A model generated the notes under the pieces. It was not told where the DNA came from. It made no database searches and was given only the letters and a program-made list of their open reading frames with translations. The position numbers were made by a program, and so were the translations under genes. This document shows, one piece after another, positions 1-9,014 of a stretch of DNA of 38,087 bases (position 1 is the first letter of the stretch; each line of letters starts with the position of its first letter). The DNA comes from Candidatus Atribacteria bacterium (GTDB lineage Bacteria; Bacillota; Clostridia; Caldicoprobacterales; UBA3941): NCBI GenBank assembly GCA_041686815.1, contig JAWLDD010000001.1, positions 1,979-40,065 on the forward strand. The letters run 5' to 3'.

Positions 1-132
1 AGAAATGCAGAACTAATTGTAGAAAAAGATGAAGAAAATAAGGTTAGTCAAGAAATTAAATCTATTTGGGAAAAAGTAAAAGAAAGTTTAAAAAAAATAG
101 TGAAAAATATATTCAAAAACCAATTAATTTAA
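1..132 (+). CDS. 3' end of an upstream gene (partial, product unknown)
   Basis: Frame 1 is open from the window edge to TAA at 130-132 (...EKDEENKVSQEIKSIWEKVKESLKKIVKNIFKNQLI*). There is no start in the window and I recognise no family. Confidence 0.3.
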   Translation, partial: RNAELIVEKDEENKVSQEIKSIWEKVKESLKKIVKNIFKNQLI

Positions 133-137
133 ATAAA

Positions 138-446
138 ATGAGTAAACTTACTAAAAACAGGAAGTTAGCTTTAGAGAAGTTAGACAAGGACAGCGTACTG
201 CTCCTAGATACTAGAACAACACAAGAGCACAAGGCAGGTACAATTCCTGGATCAATCAATATTCCGGTGGATGAACTGAGACAAAACCTGGATACCTTAG
301 AGCCATATAGGGACAAGGATATAGTGGTATATTGCAGATCAGGTCAGAGAAGCTATATAGCTGCTAGGATTTTGATGCAAAACGGATTTAACAAAGTCAA
401 AAACTTAAGCGGCGGATACCTGACCTGGAGTTCAGCTATAGTATAA
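138..446 (+). CDS. Single-domain rhodanese-like sulfurtransferase
   Basis: It has the rhodanese fold signature and the active-site loop VYCRSGQRS. I prefer the ATG at 138 (MSKLTKNRK...) over the TTG at 66 in the track, because frame 1 carries another ORF up to position 132. Confidence 0.85.
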   Translation: MSKLTKNRKLALEKLDKDSVLLLDTRTTQEHKAGTIPGSINIPVDELRQNLDTLEPYRDKDIVVYCRSGQRSYIAARILMQNGFNKVKNLSGGYLTWSSAIV

Positions 447-456
447 AGATTCATAT

Positions 457-502
457 CCCCCTTCAAGTATGAATAAATCGTATTTGAAGGGGGTTTTGTT
501 TT
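457..502 (+). terminator. Rho-independent terminator after the rhodanese gene
   Basis: A perfect 10-bp stem, CCCCCTTCAA (457-466) with TTGAAGGGGG (484-493), is followed by TTTTGTTTT. Confidence 0.8.
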
Positions 503-574
503 GATAATTGTCTAATATTTTTTTATATAGTAGGAGGATTTTTAAAATAGATATAGAATATATTTATCATAGAG

Positions 575-590
575 ATGAAAACGATACCAT
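575..590. promoter_or_regulatory. cre-like / LacI-type operator candidate upstream of the LacI-family regulator
   Basis: ATGAAAACGATACCAT fits the CcpA cre consensus WTGNAANCGNWNNCW at every defined position. It lies 54 nt upstream of the regulator start. Confidence 0.4.
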
Positions 591-643
591 AAGCAGTAAA
601 CTCACATCCTTAACATAGATTAATGAGAGAAAGGCGTAGAAAG

Positions 644-1687
644 ATGGCCAATATAAAGGACGTGGCAAGACATGCCGGTGTATCTATAACTACCGTTTCC
701 CGGGTGATAAACAATATTGACCCGGTAAATCCTGAAACAAGACAGGCTGTAGAGCAAGCTATGATGGAGCTCAATTACGTTCCAAATCAGCTGGCCAGGG
801 GAATGCGCACCAAGAGAACTCACACAATAGGCGTCATAATACCTGAATTCATTAACTCCTTCTATCATGAGTTGTTTCAATACATTGAGGAAGAGGCGGC
901 ATCAGTAGGCTATACAATGTTGGTTTGCTCTACCCGTGAACACACCGAACAAGGTATCCATCAGATAAAGGATTTGGTTAGCAGAAAAATAGATGGGATT
1001 ATCCTGTGTACCTATAGAGGCGACGACAGTTTGCTGACCTATTTAGAGCAGGTGGCTAAAACTATTCCTGTGATTTTCTTGGATAACTTGGGCCATGAAT
1101 ATGCAGTTAATACCATATATACCGATGGTTTTATCGCTGTATCGGAAATGGTATTCCACCTAGCAGGATTAGGATACAGCAATATAGGATTCATCAAAGG
1201 GTTGGAACAGTACTCCGCAGCCAACGATAGATTTGCTGGATTTATGGACGGAATGGAGAAAAACACATTAAAAATAGATACTAAGAATATATTTGAAGGG
1301 GATTACAGCCTTAAGAGTGGCTATAAGGCAGCCAGTTATTTCATGGAACAATGTCCGAAAGCACCAGATGCTATCATTGCATCATCGGATTTGATGGCTA
1401 TCGGAGTCATGAACTATCTCTTATCAAAAGGCATAAGAATCCCCCAGGATATAGCTGTGGCAGGATACGACGATATCTCTCTAGCCAGACTTATGATACC
1501 ATCTCTAACCACCATAGCTCAGCCTATAAGGAAAATAGCAAAAGAGGCTTTAGGTCTTATAATCAACAGAAAGGAGCAAAAAGGCCTTAAGGATAAAAAG
1601 AACATAATACTAAAGGGAGAGTTGAGGATTAGGCACTCTACTGATCCTACCAAACCCAATTTGGTGGACTTAGGTTCAACAGAATGA
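644..1687 (+). CDS. LacI-family transcriptional regulator (candidate rhamnose-cluster regulator)
   Basis: The N-terminal HTH reads MANIKDVARHAGVSITTVSRVINN, followed by a periplasmic-binding-protein-like sugar-binding core. I chose the ATG at 644 rather than 623. Confidence 0.9.
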   Translation: MANIKDVARHAGVSITTVSRVINNIDPVNPETRQAVEQAMMELNYVPNQLARGMRTKRTHTIGVIIPEFINSFYHELFQYIEEEAASVGYTMLVCSTREHTEQGIHQIKDLVSRKIDGIILCTYRGDDSLLTYLEQVAKTIPVIFLDNLGHEYAVNTIYTDGFIAVSEMVFHLAGLGYSNIGFIKGLEQYSAANDRFAGFMDGMEKNTLKIDTKNIFEGDYSLKSGYKAASYFMEQCPKAPDAIIASSDLMAIGVMNYLLSKGIRIPQDIAVAGYDDISLARLMIPSLTTIAQPIRKIAKEALGLIINRKEQKGLKDKKNIILKGELRIRHSTDPTKPNLVDLGSTE

Positions 1688-1702
1688 TTTATAGGGTATA
1701 TT

Positions 1703-1722
1703 GCAATTACCTTGGTAATTGC
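1703..1722. promoter_or_regulatory. Perfect 20-bp palindrome between the regulator and rhaB (operator or RNA hairpin)
   Basis: GCAATTACC-TT-GGTAATTGC has 9-bp perfect arms. It lies 16 nt after the regulator stop and 41 nt before the rhaB GTG. No T-tract follows it. Confidence 0.4.
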
Positions 1723-1762
1723 TTCCCTTAATTTAAAAATAAAAAGAAAGGAGAGAAGACAA

Positions 1763-3241
1763 GTGAAAACTTTGGATCTATTGGCCTTTGATTTTGGAGC
1801 CAGCAGCGGGCGTGGGATACTAGGACGCTTCGATGGTGAAAAACTAACGTTGGATGAGCTTCATAGATTTTCCAATGACCCTGTTGAAGTAGGAGGACAC
1901 CTGTATTGGGATGTGCTTAGGCTTTTCTGGGATATGCAGCAGACTCTTATTAAGTATGCTAATAGGGGGGAAGGCAGTTTAGCATCCATAGGCATTGATA
2001 CCTGGGGAGTGGATTATGGACTATTGGATAGAGATGGCGATCTACTGGGCAATCCCTATCACTATAGGGACAACCGCACTGAGGACATTATGGAAGAGGC
2101 CTTCAGCAGGATGTCTAGAGAAGAGATATTCCAAAGAACAGGTATAGCATTCCAAAAGTTCAATACCCTTTATCAGCTATTGGCCATGGTTGTTCAGAAA
2201 CCGCACATAATGGATAAGGCTGACACCTTGCTATTTATGCCTGACCTCTTGGCTTATTTTTTGACAGGGGATAAGGGCACAGAGTTTACAGAAGCCAGCA
2301 CAGGACAGCTATTGGACGCTGCAACGGGAGATTGGTGCTATGAACTGCTAGATGCCATGTCTATTCCAAGGGACATATTTACTCCCATCCAGCAGCCAGG
2401 AAGTCTCAAAGGCAGAATAAAGTCCGATCTAGGTAGTTTATTGGGTGTAGGAAGTGTACCTGTCATCGCAGTAGCTACCCATGATACTGGATCCGCAGTG
2501 GTTGCTGTACCTGCCATGGAGGGAAGTTATGCATACCTTAGCAGCGGAACTTGGTCTCTTATGGGAGTAGAGGTTGACAAACCGGTTATTAATGAGAAGA
2601 CCTTGGAATGGAACTATACCAATGAAGGCGGTGTAAATGGAACCTACAGACTGCTTAAGAACATAATGGGTCTTTGGATTATTCAAGAATGTAAGAGGGA
2701 ATGGGATCGCAGAGGTGAGGTCTATAGTTACGGTGAAATGGCGGATATGGCAGAGACAGCGGCTCCTTTCCAATCATTTATCGATCCAGATAATGATGCA
2801 TTTTATAGTCCGGGGCAAATGCCTCAAAAGATACAGCAGTTCTGCAAGGATTCTGGCCAAAAGGTTCCAGAAACCAAGGCTGAAATCATCCGATGTGTAT
2901 TTGAAAGCTTAGCTATGAAGTATCGCTGGTCTATGGAAAAACTAGAGGAGATCACAGGGAAGAGACTGGATGCTCTCCATATCGTTGGCGGCGGATCCCA
3001 GAACAAATTGCTCAATCAACTGACTGCAAATGCTATAGCAAGGCCTGTTATATGTGGACCTGTTGAAGCAACTGCTACGGGCAATCTGATGGTGCAAGCT
3101 ATGGCACTAGGTGAAGTGGCAAACTTGAGGGAAATACGCCAAGTGGTAAAGAACTCTTTCCCAACTGAGGATTATATGCCTCAGGATACTCAAACATGGG
3201 ATACAGCTTATGAGAGCTTCCTCAAGATAAACCAATTATAA
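1763..3241 (+). CDS. rhaB: Rhamnulokinase (FGGY family)
   Basis: Motif-by-motif similarity to E. coli RhaB: FDFGASSGRG, IDTWGVDYGLLD, YRDNRT, FNTLYQL, SSGTWSLMG, LKNIMGLW, HIVGGGSQNKLLNQL. The GTG start at 1763 sits 6 nt after AAAGGAGAG. Confidence 0.92.
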   Translation: MKTLDLLAFDFGASSGRGILGRFDGEKLTLDELHRFSNDPVEVGGHLYWDVLRLFWDMQQTLIKYANRGEGSLASIGIDTWGVDYGLLDRDGDLLGNPYHYRDNRTEDIMEEAFSRMSREEIFQRTGIAFQKFNTLYQLLAMVVQKPHIMDKADTLLFMPDLLAYFLTGDKGTEFTEASTGQLLDAATGDWCYELLDAMSIPRDIFTPIQQPGSLKGRIKSDLGSLLGVGSVPVIAVATHDTGSAVVAVPAMEGSYAYLSSGTWSLMGVEVDKPVINEKTLEWNYTNEGGVNGTYRLLKNIMGLWIIQECKREWDRRGEVYSYGEMADMAETAAPFQSFIDPDNDAFYSPGQMPQKIQQFCKDSGQKVPETKAEIIRCVFESLAMKYRWSMEKLEEITGKRLDALHIVGGGSQNKLLNQLTANAIARPVICGPVEATATGNLMVQAMALGEVANLREIRQVVKNSFPTEDYMPQDTQTWDTAYESFLKINQL

Positions 3242-3266
3242 AAGGATAGGAGTGGGGGTGAAGCTT

Positions 3267-3653
3267 ATGAAGGATATAAAAGCTGGGGGAGAATATGTAT
3301 GGTTTATACCGGACTGCTATTATCCCGAGATCACTACACCAGGACATTATGTTAGCCATGAAGCCATATGCGTCCTTAATACCGGGAAGGAGGATGCCAA
3401 TCTAGACATAACCCTATATTTTGAAGATCGTGATCCCATGAGAAATTTTAAAGCAGTATGCCAGGCAGAGAGAACCAATCATATTCGCCTGGACCAGCTA
3501 AAGGATCAGGACGGAAATGGAGTGCCTCAAGGGGTACCCTATGCCATAATGGTCGAGAGTGACAAGCCCATAATAGTGCAATATAGTAGACTAGACACAA
3601 CCCAAGCCGAGATTGGATTAATGACTACTATAGCCTATCCACTTAAGGCATAA
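3267..3653 (+). CDS. Anabaena sensory rhodopsin transducer (ASRT)-family protein, function unknown
   Basis: It aligns by eye to ASRT across its full ~125-aa length: [28 protein letters not shown] versus SHETVCILNAGDEDAHVEITIYYSDKEP, and [20 protein letters not shown] versus IVVQHTRLDSRQAE..LLSTIAY. The ATG at 3267 follows GGAGTGGGGG. Confidence 0.75.
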   Translation: MKDIKAGGEYVWFIPDCYYPEITTPGHYVSHEAICVLNTGKEDANLDITLYFEDRDPMRNFKAVCQAERTNHIRLDQLKDQDGNGVPQGVPYAIMVESDKPIIVQYSRLDTTQAEIGLMTTIAYPLKA

Positions 3654-3673
3654 ATAATAGGAGGTGCAACAGT

Positions 3674-4954
3674 ATGTTAAGAATTTATAACGAGAAGAAC
3701 ATCAATGAAAACTATCAACGAGCCAAGGAGCTATATGCTTCACTGGGGGTAGACACCGACAATGTATTGGAGGATATTAAAAACATCCCAATCTCCATCC
3801 ATTGCTGGCAAGGCGATGATGTAGGCGGATTTGAAGTGGCAGCTGAAGGCGTAGACGGTGGAGGAATTCTAGCTACAGGTAATTACCCTGGAAAAGCTAG
3901 AAACGCTGAAGAACTACGCCAGGATCTAGACAAAGCTATGAGCCTCATACCCGGCAAACATCGGGTTAATCTTCATGCCATGTATGCAGAGACTGATGGC
4001 AAATTCGTTGATCGGGACGAGATTGGCCCTGAGCATTTTCAAAATTGGATTGAATGGGCAAAGGAGAGAGGTATCGGTCTAGACTTCAATCCTACTTTCT
4101 TCGCCCACAAGCTGGCGGATTCAGGCTTTACCCTTGCTAGCAAGGACAAGGAGATTAGAGATTTTTGGATTCGCCATGGAAAAAGGAGCAGGGAGATTGC
4201 TGCAGAAATGGGTAAAGCTCTGGGCACACCATGTGTCAATAATATATGGATTCCTGACGGCTCCAAGGATTTACCTGCTGACAGGATAGGTCACAGACAG
4301 ATACTCAAGGATGCTCTGGATGAGGTTCTAGCAGAGAAGTATGACAAAAAGCATCTATTAGATGCTGTAGAGTGTAAGCTCTTTGGAATCGCTTCAGAGG
4401 CTTATGTAGTAGGTTCTCATGAATTCTATATGGGATATGCCTTGACTAGGGGTACCTTGCTGTGTCTGGATGCTGGGCACTTCCATCCAACAGAAACCAT
4501 ATCCGATAAGATATCATCTTTACTCACATACATCGATGAGTTGTTGCTCCATGTAAGTCGTGGAGTTAGATGGGATAGTGATCATGTAGTAATACTCAAT
4601 GATGAAGTGTTGGCTATAGCCCAGGAACTGAAACGAAGCAATGCCTTTGATAGAGTCCATTTCGGCCTTGACTTCTTTGATGCCAGCATAAACAGGATTT
4701 CAGCTTGGGTAACAGGAACCAGGGCATCTCTTAAGGCTATAATGATGGCGTTGTTAGAACCTACCCATCTCTTGAAGGAAGCTGAGGATGAAGGGGACTT
4801 GGGCATGCGCTTGGCACTAATGGAGGAGTTTAAGAGCCTACCCTTTGGAGCTGTATGGGATAAGTACTGCTTGGATCAAGGGGTTCCAGTAGGAGCAGAG
4901 TGGCTCAATGCTGTTCGAGAATATGAAGAAAAGGTGCTATCCCAAAGAGGATAA
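3674..4954 (+). CDS. rhaA: L-rhamnose isomerase
   Basis: Strong similarity to Bacillus-type RhaA: [66 protein letters not shown]. The RBS is AGGAGG. Confidence 0.95.
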   Translation: MLRIYNEKNINENYQRAKELYASLGVDTDNVLEDIKNIPISIHCWQGDDVGGFEVAAEGVDGGGILATGNYPGKARNAEELRQDLDKAMSLIPGKHRVNLHAMYAETDGKFVDRDEIGPEHFQNWIEWAKERGIGLDFNPTFFAHKLADSGFTLASKDKEIRDFWIRHGKRSREIAAEMGKALGTPCVNNIWIPDGSKDLPADRIGHRQILKDALDEVLAEKYDKKHLLDAVECKLFGIASEAYVVGSHEFYMGYALTRGTLLCLDAGHFHPTETISDKISSLLTYIDELLLHVSRGVRWDSDHVVILNDEVLAIAQELKRSNAFDRVHFGLDFFDASINRISAWVTGTRASLKAIMMALLEPTHLLKEAEDEGDLGMRLALMEEFKSLPFGAVWDKYCLDQGVPVGAEWLNAVREYEEKVLSQRG

Positions 4955-4968
4955 GAAGGGAGAAGTTC

Positions 4969-6021
4969 ATGGATCTTAAGGGATTGAAAGAATTGGAAAA
5001 GATTTCTCAAAAGATAGGCGCCCATCCTGATCTTGTGCAAGGGGGAGGGGGCAATACATCTGCCAAATTAGATGACAGATACATGGCGGTGAAAGCCTCG
5101 GGCTACCGTTTAGATCAAGTGACAGAGCAGGATGGCTATGTTATTGTAGATTATCAAAGGATACGGGATTATTTTCGTACCGTAGATACAAATAGAGACA
5201 TAGATTTTGAAAAGGAAAGTGCCGGCTTTATGAAGGAGTGTGTATTGGAGGATAGAAACCCCAAAAACCTTCGTCCTTCCATAGAAACTGGGTTCCACTC
5301 CTTTATGGGCAGATACGTAATTCATACCCATTCGGTGTATGCTAATATTCTATGTTGTGCCAAAGAGGGCAAGGAAATAGCTCATAAGATCTTTGGCGAT
5401 GAATATGCCATGCTATGGGTTCCATATACTAACCCCGGATTTGATTTAACCATTGAACTCAACAAGGCTATCTATCAATATGAGGATGTAAAGGGCTATC
5501 GTCCAAATATAGTTTTCATGGAAAACCACGGGGTTATAGTTTCGGGAGATAAGGCTGAGGACTGCCTAACCCTTCACGATAAGGTCAATTCTGCTATCAT
5601 AGAGTATTTTGGCCTTAATAAAGAGTATACTCAGGTGAAAGTTGAAAGGATAGGCGAGAATAAATACAAAAGCCTAACAGGTTACCTAAGAGATACCTTG
5701 AGGGATAAGGCTATAGGACCTGAGCTCTTTAAGGAGATTTTACTCTATCCCGATCAGCTAGTATATTTAGGAGAGAATATATCCTATGAGGGCAATGGAA
5801 AGGTCAATGTTGATGCCCGTACTGGGGAAGTTGTATATAATACCAATGAAGCGGAGGCCATAACCATCGACGAGACCTTTACAGGCTATATCTATGTAGT
5901 GGATAAGATTAAAGATTTGGGGCTCACCATCCAAACCATGACCGAAGAAGCTATTCAATTTATTCGGAATATGGAGGGCGAAAAATACAGGAAAAGTCTG
6001 TTGAAAGAGAAGTCCAATTAA
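4969..6021 (+). CDS. Class II aldolase/adducin-domain protein, stand-alone RhaE-like putative rhamnulose-1-phosphate aldolase
   Basis: It carries the GGGGNTSAK motif and an overall resemblance to the N-terminal aldolase half of the B. subtilis YuxG (RhaEW) type. It follows rhaA directly and lacks the SDR half. Confidence 0.7.
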   Translation: MDLKGLKELEKISQKIGAHPDLVQGGGGNTSAKLDDRYMAVKASGYRLDQVTEQDGYVIVDYQRIRDYFRTVDTNRDIDFEKESAGFMKECVLEDRNPKNLRPSIETGFHSFMGRYVIHTHSVYANILCCAKEGKEIAHKIFGDEYAMLWVPYTNPGFDLTIELNKAIYQYEDVKGYRPNIVFMENHGVIVSGDKAEDCLTLHDKVNSAIIEYFGLNKEYTQVKVERIGENKYKSLTGYLRDTLRDKAIGPELFKEILLYPDQLVYLGENISYEGNGKVNVDARTGEVVYNTNEAEAITIDETFTGYIYVVDKIKDLGLTIQTMTEEAIQFIRNMEGEKYRKSLLKEKSN

Positions 6022-6079
6022 AATACAATAGGATGTAGCAGATCTTATCTAAAATTTATAACAAAGGATGTGGCGATTT

Positions 6080-6466
6080 ATGAAAGGATTTCATCATTTA
6101 GCTATACGCGTAAAGGATTTTGATGCATCTGTAAAATTCTACACGGAAGGTCTAGGCTTTAAACCCAGATTGTCATGGGGAGAAGGCGATAATAGGGCTA
6201 TGCTTTTAGATACCGGTGATGGCAATTATATAGAGCTATTTGCTGGAGGACCCCAGGAGGAGAAACCCGAAGGTACTTGGCTCCATGTAGCATTTAGGAC
6301 CGATGACTGTGCTGCCGCATTAGAGGCAGCTAAGGCAGCTGGGGCTCAAGTGACTATGGAAGTCACCGATGTGACTTTGGGGGACAATCCATCAATGGAT
6401 GCCAGGATTGCCTTCTTTAAAGGGCCTGATGGTGAACTGATTGAGCTTTTCCAAGAGAAAAACTAG
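6080..6466 (+). CDS. VOC-family (glyoxalase/bleomycin-resistance/dioxygenase fold) protein
   Basis: The opening FHHLAIRVKDFDASVKFYTEGLGF is typical of VOC/glyoxalase I domains. I preferred the ATG at 6080. Confidence 0.8.
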   Translation: MKGFHHLAIRVKDFDASVKFYTEGLGFKPRLSWGEGDNRAMLLDTGDGNYIELFAGGPQEEKPEGTWLHVAFRTDDCAAALEAAKAAGAQVTMEVTDVTLGDNPSMDARIAFFKGPDGELIELFQEKN

Positions 6467-6472
6467 AATAAT

Positions 6473-6503
6473 AAAAAAGCTGCTTAAGATAGCAGCTTTT
6501 TTT
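6473..6503. terminator. Bidirectional rho-independent terminator (rhamnose cluster / fba convergent)
   Basis: AAAAAAGCTGCT-TAAGAT-AGCAGCTTTTTTT has a 7-bp stem flanked by an A-run and a T-run. Confidence 0.8.
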
Positions 6504-6518
6504 ATGTCTTTGACAATT

Positions 6519-7448
6519 TTATATCTTATTGTTGCATCCCAGTACGTTTACGATCTTGTGACGTACAATACTTCTGATAGCATCTCTAGCAGGTCCTAGG
6601 TATTGTCTTGGATCGAATGCTGCGGGGTTTTCTGCCATAAACTTACGCAGAGTAGCAGTCATTGCCAATCTCAGGTCTGAGTCGATATTTATTTTACATA
6701 CGGCCATGGAAGCTGCCTTTCGAAGCATATCTTCGGGAACACCTTTGGCTCCAGGCATTTCGCCGCCGTACTTGTTTATGATCTCTACATATTCCTGAGG
6801 GACTGATGATGCACCGTGTAAAACGATGGGGAATCCGGGAAGTCTTCTTTGGATTTCTTCAAGGATATCAAAACGAAGCTTGGCCTCTCCTTTGAACTTG
6901 AAAGCACCATGGCTAGTCCCAATAGCAATCGCCAATGAATCTACTCCGGTTCTCTCAACGAACTCCTGCACTTCGTTAGGATCGGTAAAGGCTGCATCTT
7001 CTTCTGATACATTTACTGCATCTTCGATACCAGCCAGCCTACCCAGTTCACCTTCTACCACTACTCCATGGTCATGGGCATAATCAACTACCTGTTTGGT
7101 TAGCTTGATATTCTCTTCAAAGGGAAGATGAGAACCATCAATCATAACTGAGGTGAATCCGCCATCAATACAGGATTTGCATAGTTCAAAACTGTCTCCG
7201 TGATCGAGGTGCAATGCTATGGGAAGATCAGTTTCTTCTAAGGCTGCTTCTACTAACTTAACCAGATAAGTATGGTTAGCATACTTTCTTGCTCCTGCAG
7301 AAACTTGAAGGATTAGTGGAGCATTCTCAGCTTTAGCTGCTTCTGTGATGCCTTGAATAATTTCCATGTTATTTACGTTGAAGGCACCGATGGCATATCC
7401 GCCTTCATAAGCTTTTTTAAACATTTCTGTGGTTGTTACTAATGGCAT
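6519..7448 (-). CDS. fba: Class II fructose-1,6-bisphosphate aldolase
   Basis: Full-length match to the class II FBA pattern: AIGAFNVNN, LHLDHG, SVMIDGS, AIGTSHGAFKF, LVLHGASS. The RBS is AAGGAG. Confidence 0.95.
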   Translation of the reverse strand: MPLVTTTEMFKKAYEGGYAIGAFNVNNMEIIQGITEAAKAENAPLILQVSAGARKYANHTYLVKLVEAALEETDLPIALHLDHGDSFELCKSCIDGGFTSVMIDGSHLPFEENIKLTKQVVDYAHDHGVVVEGELGRLAGIEDAVNVSEEDAAFTDPNEVQEFVERTGVDSLAIAIGTSHGAFKFKGEAKLRFDILEEIQRRLPGFPIVLHGASSVPQEYVEIINKYGGEMPGAKGVPEDMLRKAASMAVCKINIDSDLRLAMTATLRKFMAENPAAFDPRQYLGPARDAIRSIVRHKIVNVLGCNNKI

Positions 7449-7461
7449 ACGATCACTCCTT

Positions 7462-7491
7462 AAAATATTATGTATAGGATTAACCTGTCAA
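7462..7491 (-). promoter_or_regulatory. Candidate sigma-A promoter of fba
   Basis: On the minus strand a TTGACA (7486-7491) is followed by an AT-rich -10 region (TAATAT/TATTTT). The spacing is ambiguous (15-18 nt). Confidence 0.35.
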
Positions 7492-7543
7492 GTTCATTCT
7501 ATCAAATCCAGTGGAAAAATCAAGAATTATTCATAAATATGTG

Positions 7544-7586
7544 AAAAATCTCGCAAAGGTAAATTATAGCCTTTGCGAGATTTTTG
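7544..7586 (-). terminator. Rho-independent terminator after murC (hairpin with A/T runs on both sides)
   Basis: ATCTCGCAAAGG (7548-7559) pairs with CCTTTGCGAGAT (7570-7581). The stem is flanked by AAAA and TTTTT. Confidence 0.8.
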
Positions 7587-7592
7587 CTATAT

Positions 7593-9014
7593 CTATTCAT
7601 GGCTGGCTGCAACCAGCATTTCTTGCATCTTTTGGACCAGCATCTCAGCTGCCAAGTAAACATTGCCACATCCAGTGGTTATAACCACATCACCGCTTTG
7701 GGTATTGGCCGATAAGAAATCAACTACATCATCAAAGGTGGGAAGATACCTGCAAGCCTTACCCGTTGCCTTAATGGCGTTGACCAGGTCTAGGGCATGG
7801 ATTTCACCTGTATCCTGTTCTCTGCCACCCATAATGTCGGTGATAATAACCTCATGGGCTCCGTCAAAGGATTTTACAAAATCGTCAAACAACAGTTTTG
7901 TTCGGGAAAAGGTATAGGGCTGGAAAACACACCATAACTTTTTATGGGGATAGTTCTGGGCAGCCTCCAAGGTAGCCTTTATTTCCGTTGGATGGTGACC
8001 ATAATCATCAATAACGGTAACACCTTCCACCACACCCTTGATTTCAAATCTTCGATGGGTGCCCTTATAGGATGCAATACCTTGACGTATAACTTCCTGG
8101 GATACTCCCGATGCCCAAGCAGTGGCAATAGCTGCAAGAGCATTGTATACATTGTGTTTGCCGGGTACGTTTAGATTAAACCTACCCATATCTTGACCTT
8201 TGTAGGACGCTCTAAAGGATGGACGGCCCAAAGAATCATTCTTAATTTCTTGGGCTACCCAATCAGCTTTGCCTCCAACGCTGAAGGTAACTGTACGGCT
8301 ATTAACCTCATTCAGGAGCTTGTTGACCAAGGGATCGTCAGCACAGCCTATAACAAAGCCGCGGCTCGGCACTAAGTTTGCAAACTTGAGAAAACTTTCA
8401 TATATTTCATCTATATCCTTAAAGTAATCAAGATGATCGTTATCAATGTTTAGGATGACTGCCATATAGGGGCTCATCTCAAGGAAACTTCCGGAAAACT
8501 CACAGGCCTCTACAAGAAAGTAAGGGCTTTTTCCGATTCTGACATTGCCACCAATCTCGTCTAGCTTTCCGCCAAGGAAGATGGTGGGATCCAATTTAGC
8601 TTGAGTCATAATAATGGACAGCATGGAGGTTGCGGTTGTCTTACCATGAGTACCTGCAATGCCAATAGAGTTGGGAAATCCTTCCATAATCTGTCCCATT
8701 AAAACAGCTCGATTCATGAGGGGAATATCTCTTTTCTTCGCTTCAGAAATTTCGGGATTTTCACCATTGGTTACAATTGCCGACGTATAGACTACTAGAT
8801 CGGCACCTACTACATTTGATGCCTTGTGTCCGATTTCTATATCTATTCCTTTTTCCCGTAAATCCTTTATGATGTAAGAATCCAAAACATCGGAACCGGT
8901 AACTGTATATCCGTTTCGAAACAGAAATTCAGCCAAACCACTCATGCTAATTCCACCAATTCCTATAAAATGGACTCTTCCATTCCTGATATCTTTTATA
9001 TCTATCTGTTTCAT
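7593..9014 (-). CDS. murC: UDP-N-acetylmuramate--L-alanine ligase
   Basis: It has the Mur ligase architecture with HFIGIGGISMSGLA, GIAGTHGKTTTS and the DDYGHHPTE motif. The RBS is GAGGTG. Confidence 0.95.
   Translation of the reverse strand: MKQIDIKDIRNGRVHFIGIGGISMSGLAEFLFRNGYTVTGSDVLDSYIIKDLREKGIDIEIGHKASNVVGADLVVYTSAIVTNGENPEISEAKKRDIPLMNRAVLMGQIMEGFPNSIGIAGTHGKTTATSMLSIIMTQAKLDPTIFLGGKLDEIGGNVRIGKSPYFLVEACEFSGSFLEMSPYMAVILNIDNDHLDYFKDIDEIYESFLKFANLVPSRGFVIGCADDPLVNKLLNEVNSRTVTFSVGGKADWVAQEIKNDSLGRPSFRASYKGQDMGRFNLNVPGKHNVYNALAAIATAWASGVSQEVIRQGIASYKGTHRRFEIKGVVEGVTVIDDYGHHPTEIKATLEAAQNYPHKKLWCVFQPYTFSRTKLLFDDFVKSFDGAHEVIITDIMGGREQDTGEIHALDLVNAIKATGKACRYLPTFDDVVDFLSANTQSGDVVITTGCGNVYLAAEMLVQKMQEMLVAASHE

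Noticed and set aside
66-137. N-terminal extensions in the ORF track (rhodanese from the TTG at 66; likewise 623, 1712, 3252, 6068, 15356, 20193, 20947, 24913, 28957, 30383, 31255, 32419, 32858 and 36364)
   Set aside because: In each case an internal start is preceded by a proper GGAGG-type SD and gives the N-terminus typical of the family. The extension is lysine-rich or hydrophobic junk, or it overlaps a terminator or a neighbouring ORF.
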